Shown here: positions 12,071-24,894 of the stretch, in pieces | Layout of the letters: every line of letters begins with the position of its first letter | How positions within the stretch are numbered: the stretch's first letter is position 1 | Assembly: GCA_964252035.1 (NCBI GenBank) | Contig: OZ176211.1 | Length of the DNA: 64,000 nucleotides | Source of the DNA: Podarcis erhardii | Lineage: Eukaryota | Strand: one strand, 5' to 3' | The notes under the pieces: generated by a model | Database searches by the model: none | What the model was told of the DNA's origin: nothing | The model's input: only the letters and a program-made list of their open reading frames with translations | Made by a program: the position numbers and the translations under genes

Positions 12071-12229
12071 ACGGTTTCAACAGCCAGTGAACTCCGTAAG
12101 CCTATATACTGGATTGTAGCTGCTAAAGCAATTGATTATGAACAGATGCTGCTGCTAATGGCAAATGTGAAATGGGATGTGAAAGAAATCATGTCACAAC
12201 ACAACATTTATGTAGATACTCTTTTAAAG
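12071..12229 (+). CDS. VPS50: VPS50 internal exon [14 protein letters not shown]...VDTLLK
   Basis: ttccAG acceptor, GTGAGT donor, 159 nt (53 codons). Confidence 0.97.
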
Positions 12230-13791
12230 GTGAGTATCTCTTTTCTTGCATTGCATTTTAATGACCTAACAAAGACAGAAATCATTTCTGTTGGTGCCTT
12301 CTTATATATCCTGTGCAACACATTCTCAGCTGGATGTTTTGCTCTAACCAACTTTTTGTTGGCGTTGCTAGAGCTAAAAATATTTGTTTTCCCATTATTA
12401 AAGCTGAAGACTTGTGGGTAGCTTGCCAGCAGTGAGAGTAGGAGACCTGCTGGAGTTCAATTCGGTTCATGAGTTGGTATATATCATTAACAAAGAGCAT
12501 TATGGGACTCTCTTAGCTGGAAATATGAAAAGCCTGTCACAAGAGACCACAAATTTAGAAGGAAAGCCAAGCTTAATTTAATTAATTGTTGGTGGTGCCA
12601 GAATCTGGTCAGATTGACCTTGAGGAGTAATCGTCTGCAATTACCTTCCCTCTTTTCGTTTCCATTATGAGTTTTATGTCTATCTGCTAAAGACTATCTG
12701 CGTTCCCAGACGTACCTGTAAGCATTAGTCCTTCACTAGTACAATCATAAGCAGAAGTAAGTCCCACTTTACTTGCAAGTGAGTGTGCATAGGATGGTAG
12801 CCTTTGTCTTCTGTTGTCCTTACATTTCCTGGACAAGAATAACCGACTTGGGGATATGTGAATTAATTTTATCCAATCACCAAATTATATATTTTTATGA
12901 ATTCCATTTGTAGGCTACTATTCTGTACTAATTCTTCGCAGTTTTAATCCTTAATTGAGACTAACCTTTTCCTTAGTAACTCACACTTCACTCAGGCCGA
13001 CTATAATAAAAATATGCTTAGTGTGTGTTGCATGTAGTGCATTTTATGAGTTTATATTTGTATTCTTTAGGGATGGATAAATCCTGCCAATTCTGATTCA
13101 GTAATAAGTTGAATTTACTGGATTGGATACTCCATATCCATGTTTGTGAAGTATCATTGGAGCTGTAGATCCCATGAGCTGTGTGGTCTAGGATACTCCC
13201 ACATATGTGCAGGATATCACAGCATGAGCCAGGTTCTTGCCACACACCCAGCTGGACTATTTAATTGCTCCAAAACTATGGAAGCTACAGTATGAAAAGT
13301 GGTGGCATGCCCTGGAGTGCACTAGAAGCATCAGCACATACTAGCCTAGGTTGAGTTAGGTAAGCCTCCATGCAGAAAGCTCCAGGTTCAAACCCTGGCA
13401 TCACCAGTTAAAGTATCAGGTGACATGAAAGACCCGCCTCCTACCTGAGACCCTGCAAAGCCTTCTGCCAATCAGAGCAGACCTAGCTGGACCAATGGGC
13501 TGACCAAGGATAAAGTAGCAGCGTGAACACACTTCATGCCATATGAACATCCCCCATGTTCCAAAAGCAAATCTTAATTCAGCTACAGAATTTTAGATGA
13601 TAAGGGAGTTTAGCGGCAACCCTCATGATAACCATAAATGAGATGAAGTATAATCCATTTTCTCTCCATTTTGTACCATTGTGATTTGTGCCTCCCTTTG
13701 CTCCCTCTATATAAATGAGTTTTCGTGTCTAGATAGGTATGTTTTGTATGTATTGCCACCACTGACTAATATTCCCTTTATGTTTTATTAG

Positions 13792-13913
13792 GAATTTGAA
13801 CAGTTTAACAGGCAGCTGAATGAGGTTTCTAAGAGAGTTCGTATTCCATTGCCAGTGTCAAATATTCTTTGGGAGCATTGTATACGACTAGCTAATAGAA
13901 CTATTGTAGAAGG
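13792..13913 (+). CDS. VPS50: VPS50 internal exon [40 protein letters not shown](G)
   Basis: Branch-point-like ctgactaat, TAG acceptor, GTAAGT donor, 122 nt. Not in the ORF track; translated by hand. Confidence 0.96.
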
Positions 13914-14086
13914 GTAAGTGGATTATGACACCTTTTCTAATTTTTTTGTGGTTCCCTCTCCTTGCCTTGTAGCACATGGTTCAACCCTGCTCTTTTCCTG
14001 TAAAACTTTAAAATTTGGATGATGTGAGCTAATTAATCAGAGAAGCTTGGACTGTGTGGACCCTGCTTTAGCCTTGAGTTGGATCA

Positions 14087-14228
14087 AGGATGGGGAATCT
14101 GCAGGCCTCCTATATGTTGTGGATTTCTAACTCTCATCAGATCCAGCCAGCATAGCATAGCCAGTGGTCCAGGATGAAGGGAGTTGAAGTCCAACAACAT
14201 CTGGAGGGCCAAGGGTCCCCATTCCTTG
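14087..14228. mobile_element. Degenerate palindromic hAT-type MITE
   Basis: aaggatggggaatct...gggagttgaagtccaacaacatctggagggcc...ccccattcctt, related to the copies at 33905, 37954 and 43252. Confidence 0.6.
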
Positions 14229-14641
14229 GGAAGATCGTCTTCAGATTATACCTCAAGTTCTGCAGTGATCACACCACATGTGTCCATGAGCTGCCTTTCA
14301 TAGGATTCATGAGGAATTAAATCCTTGAACTGAGCTCGAGCACAGAGCCACTGTGCATGTGTAACAATATTATTTCTTAGGGGAAACCTTTCCTTGCTCA
14401 CTTCATTACCGGGTCAGAATGGCTGCTACGACACCTCAAGGTTCTTAGGAACATAGTAATCAAACAATTGGCCCATCTAGCTCAGGCCAGCAGTGGCTCT
14501 CCAGGGTTTCTGACAGCACCATTCCCAGCCCTGCCTGGAGATGCCAGGGGTTCACCTTGGAATGTCTGCAAGCAAGGCAGATGCTCTCCCACTAAGCTAC
14601 AGCCCTTCCAACATCAATTTAACCAAGAGAATTTATCACTA

Positions 14642-15000
14642 AAGGTAAAGGTAAAGGGACACCTGACCATTAGGTCTAGTCATGACCGACTCTGGGCTTG
14701 CGGCACTCATCTTGCTTTATTGGCTGAGGGAGCTGGCGTACAGCTTGCGGGTCATGTGGCCAGCATGACTAAGCTGCTTCTGGCGAACCAGAGAAGTGCA
14801 CAGAAACACTGTTTACCTTCCTGCCAGAGCGGTACCTATTTATCTACTCGCACTTTGACGTGCTTTTGAACTGCTAGGTTGGCAGGAGCAGGGACCGAGT
14901 AACGGGAGCTCACCCTGTCGCGGGGATTCGAACCACCGACCTTCTGATCGGCAAGTCCTAGGCTCTGTGGTTTAACCCACAATGCCACCCGCGTCCCTCT
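14642..15000 (-). mobile_element. Full-length Sauria-type SINE
   Basis: Reverse complement of the 273-626 element. TSD AATTTATCACTA at 14630-14641 and 15001-15012. Confidence 0.9.
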
Positions 15001-15302
15001 AATTTATCACTACAGAAGTATTAATATCACCTTTGGCTGTTTAGGTGCACCCCATACTTGTTCCCTAGAGTCAAATTCAGACCATTCATTTTCCAAACCA
15101 ATTGCCATCTTGAAGGGCAAGAGAAGAGTATTCACAAGTGACGTGAGAGTTGTCCCTTTAGTCCTCTGTAAATACATCAGTCTCCAATAGCAGCTTGATA
15201 TCTTTACTGCATTCTGCGGCAATTTGCCCACAAAGATGAGGACGTCAGAGTAGTTACCGCGCAACCACGACTGCACACTTATCTGTTGCTTGTCTGTCTT
15301 AG

Positions 15303-15492
15303 TTACGCAAATGTCAAAAAGTGTAGCAACGAGGGGCGTGCCTTGATGCAACTGGACTTTCAGCAATTTTTAATGAAGCTGGAGAAACTCACGGATATTA
15401 GACCTATTCCGGATAAGGAATTTGTTGAAACCTACATCAAGGCTTATTATTTGACTGAAAATGACATGGAACGCTGGATCAAGGAGCACCGG
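15303..15492 (+). CDS. VPS50: VPS50 penultimate exon [21 protein letters not shown]...WIKEHR
   Basis: gtcttAG acceptor, GTAAGA donor, 190 nt. Highly conserved syndetin C-terminal domain. Confidence 0.97.
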
Positions 15493-15643
15493 GTAAGACA
15501 TGAATTTTTAGTTCCTCTCATTGGGTGGGGATTGTGGGGAATATCCTTGAGGCAACAGTGTAGTCCATGTAAGTTAAGCACAGGTGGCTGGCAAGGAAAG
15601 CGATAAACTTGCTCTCCTTCCCATCCACTTGGTCTGAAGTCAC

Positions 15644-15771
15644 NNNNNNNNNNNNNNNNNNNNNNNNNNNNNNNNNNNNNNNNNNNNNNNNNNNNNNNNN
15701 NNNNNNNNNNNNNNNNNNNNNNNNNNNNNNNNNNNNNNNNNNNNNNNNNNNNNNNNNNNNNNNNNNNNNNN
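15644..15771. other. Assembly gap (128 N) in the last VPS50 intron
   Basis: Run of N. Confidence 0.99.
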
Positions 15772-16746
15772 CCTCATGTCATTACAATCACGTGAGGGAG
15801 AATGGGGGGGGGGGCACACTGGCAAGCCCCACCCTCCTCAGACGCATTACAGGCCCCATATTGAGAGCTGAAGGGCATTTGATTGGAGCTAGGAGCCTCT
15901 ACTATTTACAACAGCGAATGTTGGAAATCATATGGGGATCCCTGGTTTAGAAAAAATGTGCTGGGGGGACGACTTCCCAGCACTTTCTTGCCAGTGTTTG
16001 TAATCACATGAGAGGGAAAATTTCCAAATAGGGTTTAAATCTTTCAAGGAAGTGTATAGGCTCCCAGGCTGATATGAGTCCCTAAAGAAAGGTCTGACAA
16101 CTGAAATGGTGGGGCTCATTTCAAGAAGCTATTTTCCTGGCATAATGGAGGTGCGTGTCTCTCCCCGCACCCCCTATCCTAGCTTCTGTGTTTTTCCCTT
16201 CCTTTTTGATTGGTGCTTTTCCGTTCTGTAACAGTCGGTTCCCTGTACTGCTTCATTTTTGCTTAATATACTAAGTTTAGAAGGCCCATTAGGAACAGTT
16301 CTTGATTATTTCCGCGGTTGGTTACATCATTAAGGAATTGACCCATAACTTTGGCGTTGTTATATAAGAAAGCAATGAGAACAATACATCAGTCAGAAAA
16401 ACAACTGCTTTCTCATTTTCTGGTTATTTATCCTATAACTATTTTTATACCTTGCTTTACTATAAACATGAAAGCTTATAGATATTAAACTATTAAATCA
16501 ATTTATTTTAAAATGATGAAAGTCAGAATAGATCACTGTAAGCCTGTAGATTCATAAACCACCCTGGGAACTTAATTACATGGGTGGTATGTAAATGCAG
16601 TACTGAATAAATGAAGAGAATAAAGAGTTCTCCAAGTACCTTCCATAAAAAGCAATCTCTCTTCTGTTACTTGTAGGTTTAGGATTTATCAGATCTAAAC
16701 AATATCCATGAGGCCACGGCTGTTAAGTTCTTTGGGTGCTCTAATG

Positions 16747-16925
16747 CAGTCCTACCTTGGAAGTTGAACAGAATCTTTTCTGGAAGTCTGTTCGACTTCC
16801 TAAATGTTTGACTTCCAAACCACGGCTTCTGATTGGCTGCAGGAAGCTCCTGCAGCCAATCGGAAGCCCTGTCGGACGTCCAGCTTCTGAAAGAATGTTC
16901 AAAAACTGGAACAATCGCTTCCATA
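16747..16925. mobile_element. Tigger-like MITE remnant with internal hairpin
   Basis: Left TIR-like cagtcctaccttggaagttgaac and repeated gttcgacttcc motifs. The right end is not recognisable. Confidence 0.5.
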
Positions 16926-18303
16926 TATATATGCTAGGTTGTCCAAGGCTGGCGTAAGTAGACATAAATGAGTCCCAATCATGTTATGCTCTATTGATGA
17001 TGCGCTATAATTGTAGCACAATAGCTGTGAGCTCATAAGAGATTCTGGGTGGTAATAGGCTGGGAAGGAGTCCATATGCTTGCACCAAAGGAAACGTGGA
17101 AACAAAGTGAATTGGATGTGTCAGAGCTATGCTTAACGTTTCTCACTCAACGAGACATCTGAGGCACACAGTGCGCAAACCCACCAAAGGTCACCAATTA
17201 ATCATCCAGAGCAAAAGGGGGGTGGGGTGGAAATGTCTTGGCAGATTATTTTCTTTTAACATTGGATAATAACTCCCTACCTAACTCCCAGCGACTTCTT
17301 CCACAAATCTTGTTTCAGCCTCTTTATCCATCCAAATAGTTTGTGTTGGAACTCACATAGCTCTGTTAAATGTGAGCCTTTTTATAAAGTGCTATTGTTG
17401 TACACTCCTCATTCTGAGACTATTGCAGCTTCTAAACAGTAAAGTTAGAATCCTAGTTATTCTCACCATACATTGGTTGGAACGGTGCATGGTTGCATTA
17501 TTATTATTATTATTTTAAAAAAACTTGCAAATGTTGCACTGAGTCAGTAATCCTGGATTGCTCTCAATCTGGCTAGACATTTACTTTTGTTGGATGAGCG
17601 TAAACCCACTTTGAGAGCATTTCCACCCTTCTCCCTTACCCAAGAGAAATGTTAAAAGCTTTACCTCTGTTAAATAATCACTCAAATGTTCTGGCAGTGT
17701 CTAAAGCAAGAGAGAGCTCTGTTTAAACAGGCAGCTGTGCCCTGGCACATTTCTGTGTTTTTGTAAGAGTTAACAATTATCCTTCTTAATACACTATTTA
17801 AGAAATGTGTTCATCTTTTGATCAGGTACAATATTGCTGAATTTCCCCCCTCAAATCCTTTTAGGTAAAGCTAAATTGGAACTGTGAGCAGAAGCACTAA
17901 AAACAGATTTGCCGAAACAGTGTTGTTTTCTTAGTATCTGCTTTCATGGTTGTTTTCAGTCTTAGCCAGTTTCGCATATTTTTCCCCGAAGAATGGAAAA
18001 TAAATTTTAAGTGCCTTAAGATGTTTAAATATTCACAGAACTGCATCCCATCCAACGCTTGACTAAAACTGTAAGCATTTCCCCGTGATAATCTGCCATA
18101 CTTGTTGCAAAACACTCTTCTAAGCTTCACAACCACAAATAATAGCCACATGTGTGCCTTTGAATATTTCTTCAGAAAGTGACAGGTTCTGCCGTGGTGC
18201 ATTTTCTTCCTTTTCTTTTTCTTTTAGCAATACGTTTCTTATTTTCTGGGCAGTGTCATTCCGCTTGCTTGAAACTAAAATGTGATTTGCTTTCTTTGCC
18301 CAG

Positions 18304-18423
18304 GAGTATTCTGCCAAGCAGTTGACTAATCTGGTGAATGTTTGTCTGGGGACCCACATCAACAAAAAAGCACGACAAAAACTGTTAGCAGCTATCGACG
18401 ACATTGATAGGCCTAAAAGATAA
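18304..18423 (+). CDS. VPS50: VPS50 last coding exon [39 protein letters not shown]
   Basis: tttgcccAG acceptor, TAA at 18421-18423. Matches the VPS50 C-terminus. Confidence 0.97.
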   Translation, partial: EYSAKQLTNLVNVCLGTHINKKARQKLLAAIDDIDRPKR

Positions 18424-19004
18424 TAGGAGCGAGATTGCAGGTTTTTGTTTTTGTTTTTTAACCAATGAAGAGAACGAGGGTATCTCTAACGGACTACTGA
18501 TGGAGTTTGGTTAAATGGGGAAAATGTGTGCCGTATTCCTATTGACTTTGAAGGCACTTTGAATCAATGCGGTGGGCTTTTCAAATGCAATTTTTATACT
18601 GTCTTTTCTGTTTCTTCAGTTGCCAGGAAGGCACTGTATATTTGGCTGTATATTTTCCTTAATTGTGTACTATATGGCTAATCAAAATTAGAAGGAAACA
18701 AGCTGAGATATTAATATATTTAGTTGGTGTTTTTTTGTGGGGGTTTTTTTGTGTCTTTTTGTAAAAGGGCTGCTAATGCAGTACTTCACCCTTCTTTGCT
18801 CAGAAGGCGGTTATGAACCCATATAAAGAGAACTTTGTTCAGAGTCTTCAGATTATGAATTGTGCATGTCCTTTAAGAGTGTGCATCAGCAAAATATTAC
18901 TGTAATGTTTAAGCTCATTGCCTTTTTATTTCCTTGCAAATGTAAGTTCATTTCAGAATGAAATCTGTCTTGTCAAAGGAATTGACCACAAATTATGGGA
19001 AAGT

Positions 19005-19010
19005 AATAAA
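19005..19010 (+). terminator. Probable proximal VPS50 poly(A) signal AATAAA
   Basis: Followed by CA about 17 nt later and a GU/U-rich downstream tract. Confidence 0.55.
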
Positions 19011-21120
19011 TATTGTACACTAATGCATGGGCTTGTGGAATCTCTTTCTAGTAGCTTACTTTTTTCCACACTTCATCATGGATGATCTCAAAGGGGGGGG
19101 GGGGTTTGCAGCATTTAAAATTACATAAATAGCATTTAAACAACAATGCTTGAGATAGTACAGAATCAATCCATTGTCCCCATACCATTGCACAGATCCG
19201 TGTTCCCAGATTATTCAAATGCCTAGAAGAAAAGGAAGGTGACAATGACAGCTGGATCCCAAGGGGTTCTCATTCCACCATCATTGCTGAGACTCCAGGG
19301 TGTGTCAGATCCCAGGATCCCGCTCAGTAATAGAATTTCAAGAAGGATATTCCAAGCATTACTTTATGCGCACCAGGGAACTATTGCTTAGGGGATAAAT
19401 CTTTTCAGCAGCATATATAAAATCTGAGACTCAATATATTTAAAAAAATTATCCATCCTCATATTAAAACTTCTGTGGGCAATGATTTTGAGCTCTGCCG
19501 TCTTCATCTATCCAATGGCCACGTGAAGAGTTCATACAGGGGGTGAAGCTGAGCTTTGGTGAATCCATAACATTTATCTGGAATTCAAGGAAGAAAGTGA
19601 CTAGTGAGGAATAGACCTCACTTTCTCTTGGCAAAATTGCCCTCGCAAAGCAGATTCTTTTTCTTAGCTCCAGCACAATGCATTTCACGCAGAGCGAACA
19701 ACTGAACCAAAGAAAGGAAACAAAAGAATGATTGGATCCGTGAAAAATAAAGTTTGCCTTGAATTTGGACCTCTGGATATTAATGTTGCCATTAGAGATG
19801 GACATCTGTCTGTGCTTTTATGTACCTTGAGGGCTGCTGCTCACATTGAGCGATGCTTGAAATAATTCACTTTCTTGGGTCATTGCATACTGCAATTGTA
19901 TTCCTGTTCGTATCAAAAAGGCAGCACTTTTTCTTATAGCAGTGCTTGTTTCAATATAATGTGGTACCTGTTATCAATTTCTATAAAGGAGAAACCATTT
20001 ATTAAACTGCTGTGGGCCAGTGAATAGTAACAACGCCCCCCTGCCCGCGATGTGCATTAATATTCCTCTCCAAGCAAGTAATAATGCTATTTTTCATAGC
20101 TAGAGGACTCTCTAGGGACACAGCTTATCAACAGGTTGTAAACAGCAGCATATGGGAATATTTAAGAGTTAGAGTTTGGCAGAAGCAGACATCAAATCAC
20201 TAACCAAATACCAACTTTACTGGGCTACAAGACATGTACGTGTTTGTGTTTTTGTGTGTGTGTGTGTGTGGTCAAACCTGCAATAACATCTGCTTTATGT
20301 TTCTTAGCTTTGTTGTATATCTCTATACAGCAGGTGTGGAGAAGCTGTGGCCCTATAGAGATTTGACTACATCACCTCTGATCGTTTACTATGCTGGCTG
20401 GGGTTGATGGAAAAGACGTCAGCCTACATAGGAGCAAACTCCTAGGGACTGAGGTCCCATTGCCCCTCCCCCCAAGAAAATATTTGAGGGGGCCAGCCAC
20501 CACCACCCCAGTTGATGGACATTGCCATGCAAATGGTATCCGCCACGTCTTGTGATCAATTATGTGGGGCAAGGCTTACCTGCCCCATCCCCAATCTTTT
20601 ATTCAAGTTGGCACCGCTGTCAGCCTATAACATTCTTCCATGCCAGTCCATGTGTTGGTTGGGTTTGCCAAAGTAGCATATTGGTTCAGCATGTGACTTA
20701 CGAACTGGAATGTTCCTGTTTTTCCACTTCCACTGCACCACACATTCGGTCGAGCTACTTCAGCATCTGTCATCATGGGAATACCACGGACTTACTTTGT
20801 AGCCTTTCCTTAATGATGACTGGCCTAATTTAGATGAAACTCGCTTCGGAATAAAGGCAGGAGGAGAGCATCACATCAGTGGCACAGCTGTTAGGCAAAG
20901 AAGGCACATAGATTCAGATCGGCTGCCAAACTCTTGCAAGTGAGTAGAAAGAATGAAGGGGGGTTCCTGAATTTAACTCTATTTCACTAAGAGGCTTGGG
21001 GCTGTCAAAAACGTAGGTGTGCTGCAGCAGGAAAAAAATAATGCCCTAATAAATTTTTATTGAGAATCTTGGACTTTTTCCCCTCAATGAAAGAGCTTCT
21101 GTAAAGTTCATGGGAACAAT

Positions 21121-21210
21121 AGGGGAAGGGCCTTAGCTCAGTGACAGCGCATCTGTTTTGCATGCAAAAGGCCCCATATTCAATTCCTGGCATCCCCCGG
21201 TAGCACTTGG
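21121..21210 (+). mobile_element. tRNA-derived SINE head (Squam3-like)
   Basis: gggaaggggccttagctcagtg...ttcaattcctggcatc, with A/B-box-like motifs. Confidence 0.6.
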
Positions 21211-21269
21211 GAATGTCTTGGAGCTACACCCACCCCCATTGATCTTCCCTTCTACTACACCACTAATGG

Positions 21270-21408
21270 GGGACGCGAGTGGCACTGTGTGTTAAAACCA
21301 CAGAGCCTAGGACTTACCGATCAGAAGGTCCGTGGTTTGAATCCCCGTGACGGGGTGAGCTCCTGTTGCTCGGTCCCTGCTCCTGCCAACTTAGCAGTTT
21401 GAAAGCAC
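21270..21408 (+). mobile_element. 3'-truncated Sauria-type SINE
   Basis: Matches the first ~140 nt of the 273-626 SINE and stops at gaaagcac. Flanked by CACCACTAA(T/C)GG repeats. Confidence 0.8.
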
Positions 21409-22210
21409 CACTAACGGAGTGAAGGACGAAAAGGACAGGGGAATTCTGGTCATATCTACAGTACTTCTGAGTGAATATGCTTAGAAATAGGCACTATGTG
21501 GTTGCTTTTTGTTGCAATTTGTTTGGTGTGTTTGCCTGCCAGCTTAAAATTGAGCTGTGGCTCATTTCAACTTCTTTTCACTTGTTCTTTATTATTATGT
21601 AAGGATAGAAATAACATCACCTCTGTGAATTAGCTTGACCGCTGAGTTGCTCCATGGTCCTCAGCTGCCAACACTGGCTGGTATGTTTAAGGTAAGCCAA
21701 ATGATTCAACTGCTGCCAAAACTTTTTTTTGCGGTTCTTTCTTCAAGCTAGCAGAACTGTCAGTAGAAATATCTTTCTTTGAACTGTAGATTTTGGAGAA
21801 CCACCCCCACTATACATATATATGTTCAAGCTGTTTGCAAAGTCCTTTTTCTGGGAACTGGTTTATTTATTTTAGGGCCTTAATATTGATTGGCATTGTA
21901 TGGCAGCCAGTGTATTTGGCCATAATTCTGTGAAAAGTACATACACAAGAACATATGTTGATCAGGTCTATTTGGCAGTGGTGACAATTTGGATCTTGTT
22001 ACAGGAGGCACTAAGGCTATAATTTTGTTTTACTCTCTGACGTTACAGTGCTCAAAATCTATACACATCTTGAAAACAAAAGGCCTATATTTAACCAGCA
22101 TTACCCAACACGGATGAAGTAGAGGTGGATGGGATCTGCCACCTTGAGAATTTGAAAACATTCAACTGATGAGTTGGGATCTGCATGCTCTTCGGAATAA
22201 TTGTTCAGAC

Positions 22211-22357
22211 CAGTGCTTTTTCTAAAAAAAACCATGTTTGGGGGTACTCTAATTTTCCTACTCATATTGAAATACTGCCCCTCAATGAAGCCAAACCTAG
22301 ATTCACAAAATGTTTAGGGATATGCGTACCACTGCCTCCCCCCAGAAAAAAGCACTG
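22211..22357. mobile_element. hAT MITE with CAGTGCTTTTT TIRs
   Basis: Perfect 8-bp TSD GTTCAGAC at 22203-22210 and 22358-22365. Confidence 0.9.
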
Positions 22358-22372
22358 GTTCAGACTGGTGAG

Positions 22373-23110
22373 TTTCCACCTTGGAGGCAGTTGCCAACCT
22401 CCCCTTCTTGGGCAAAGCTCTTAAGCAGGTAGTTGCAGACCAGATCCAGGCGCTCTTGGAGGAAACTTACTTTCTAGAGCCACTGCAACTGGAGTTTAGG
22501 CTCACTTTTCCCACAGAAACTGCTTTGGTTGCCCTGTATGTTGACCTCTGTCGGGAGGGGGGGGAACGGTATCCTTCTAGAGTGGCTGTCCGAGTTAGGG
22601 GAGGGGGGCATCACTTTCCAGTGCTTCCATTCTTATGTGGATGGTCATTTCCAGAGGGTGGGGCAAGATGGTTTGAGCATATAATCCACTGCGCCACATA
22701 TTCAGTCGAGCTACTTCAGCCTGCCACTTCAAAGTGCTGGTTTTGACTTATAAAGCCTTAAAGGTTCAGGGCCACAATACCTCAAGGGCCACCTCACCCC
22801 ATATGCACCAACCAGGATCCTGCAATCATCATCGGAGGCCCTTCTTTGTGTGCCTCCTCCACATGAGAAGGGGCCTTTTCTGTGGTGGCTCCCTGCTTGA
22901 GGAATGCTATCCCCAGGGAGCCTTCATTACGTATCTTTTTTGTGCCAGGCAAAAACATTCCTCTTTTCCCAGGCATTTGGCTAATTAAACAACTGATGGC
23001 CTTTTAAATTGTGTACGGGGGAGCAGGGTCTATGTTAGGTATTTGTGTGTTTTTATATTGTAAATCCATGGATGAAGCATGGTATAGAAAATTAATTAAT
23101 AATGATGATT
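22373..23110 (+). mobile_element. L2 LINE fragments (start of RT domain plus 3' end), internally deleted
   Basis: VANLPFLGKALKQVVADQIQALLEETYFLEPLQ..FR..F.TETALVAL is L2 RT-like. An L2-like ORF2 end and 3' UTR start at about 22728 (ttcaaagtgctggttttgacttataaagcc) and run to an aataatgatgat tail. Confidence 0.75.
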
Positions 23111-24894
23111 TGCAGGACCTATGCTAGGCAACGTGTCGCGTGTACAGACGTCAAAGCTGCCTTCTGCAGAGATCAGCTGCCCTATTGAACTGCTCACAGA
23201 GAATTCTGATGTACAGCTGGTCCAGCAGAGTGGAACTTGCCACTCATCAGCTGATGGGCAGTGATTTCAAAGCGGCTTTCTGCACAGATCGGCTGCTGAT
23301 GGGGTTTGGCCAGCTCAGCAAAGTGCAAAGCATAGGGCTGGCAAAGCTGCTTTCTGCCGGGATCAACTGTGCAATTGAATTCAGCTGATGGCCAGTGACT
23401 TCAATCCTCCTTTTATACAGGGATTAGTTGGATGATCTAGTTGCCCGTGGGAAACCTGGTCACACAGCTAATCCAGAAGTGTCTCTGCCTGTCCAACACC
23501 TGACATCTGGGGCTGGTTGGCCCTGGTTGAGGAAAATGGCCTTGTCCGCCCCCCCGCACCTTATCCTTTAAAACAATTGCCGCAGGCTAACACATTCAGA
23601 AGTTGAAATTACTTCCTCTGGCCCTCTGACTTTGGCATTTGTGCTCAGTTAATCTGGCTCAATGAGCAACAGAATTGCTCAGAATTAAGTAGATGGCTCA
23701 AGCAGATTCAAATGCCTGGTCTGCATGTCCTCATTTCATCAGGGCTAATTTCTGCATTAGCTGCATCTTAAAGAAGCAAATTATCTGCATTATTATAACC
23801 ATCTTCCTGAGCCCTAATGAATCACTGTCAGGGTTTGAATTGGGGTTTTTTTAAAAAGCCAGATGCTGTGCCAGCATGGAATCAACAGAATCGGCCGAAA
23901 GTCTGAAGGGAAAAGGGAAAAAGGGAAAAGGAACTCAGTTCATGGCTGCATCCAGGAGAGGTTGAAGGGGGCTCCCATCGCAAGTGTTGTTCCAGACTCA
24001 GAACACTTACACCTCCATCACCTCTGACTGGAACCAACACCAGGAAGGTACACCCCGGAACATTTTGGGCTGCCTTTTTGGAAAAGATTCATCTCTTTCA
24101 GGCAGGGCCTGAAACATCTCATCGCTTCCACAGATTTTCATTCTTTACTTCGTGTAAATCATGCCCATCTAAGTGCAGGTAAACAACAAGAGAAGCAGAA
24201 GTACTCTGAAAAGTGCAAAAGGGAAACACACACACACACACAAACAAGCTTTAAGATAAATCCTTTTGAAAACGAAAAACAATAAACCCTAACTCTTTCA
24301 ACAATAATTGAGGTGGGGATGATTGTAAGGTCATTTTCTGAATGGCATATGTAGTGTCTCCCTCTGCTCCTCTCGAAAAACCACAGCTCTGAATGATTAT
24401 ATGTGATTGAGAGAAGCTGTTCGTGCTGTGTCGTCGGATGAAAATGGCCAATTTGCTTTGGGCCGTGTGGGGGAAGGTTTAAATTTTTGCCTTGCTATTA
24501 CATGTTCCAAGAGCAGGGTAACCTGAAGTCTGACAAATTTCTTTTATTTTGTTGCCTGAAAATGTACATCAGCTCATGGACAGAGTAGGGGGAGGGGGGG
24601 GAATGAATCTATGATAACATGTATTTTTCAGATGATGATGATGATGAAATTCACCTCTCTTCTTTCTTTCACTTCTAATTAATTTAGCAATAGCAAAATC
24701 AGGTTTTCAACCAGTCCAGAATTCAGTTTGGGTACATCTTTATCTTCTGTAACAAATAATTAAAGATTATTTTAAACTGATACCCCACTTGGGACTATGT
24801 AAAGCTTCTACCCCTCCTAAAGACTTTTTTATCTTTTATTTAAAACACACACACACACACACACACACATCCCTGTGAGGCAAAAAAGGGAGGA

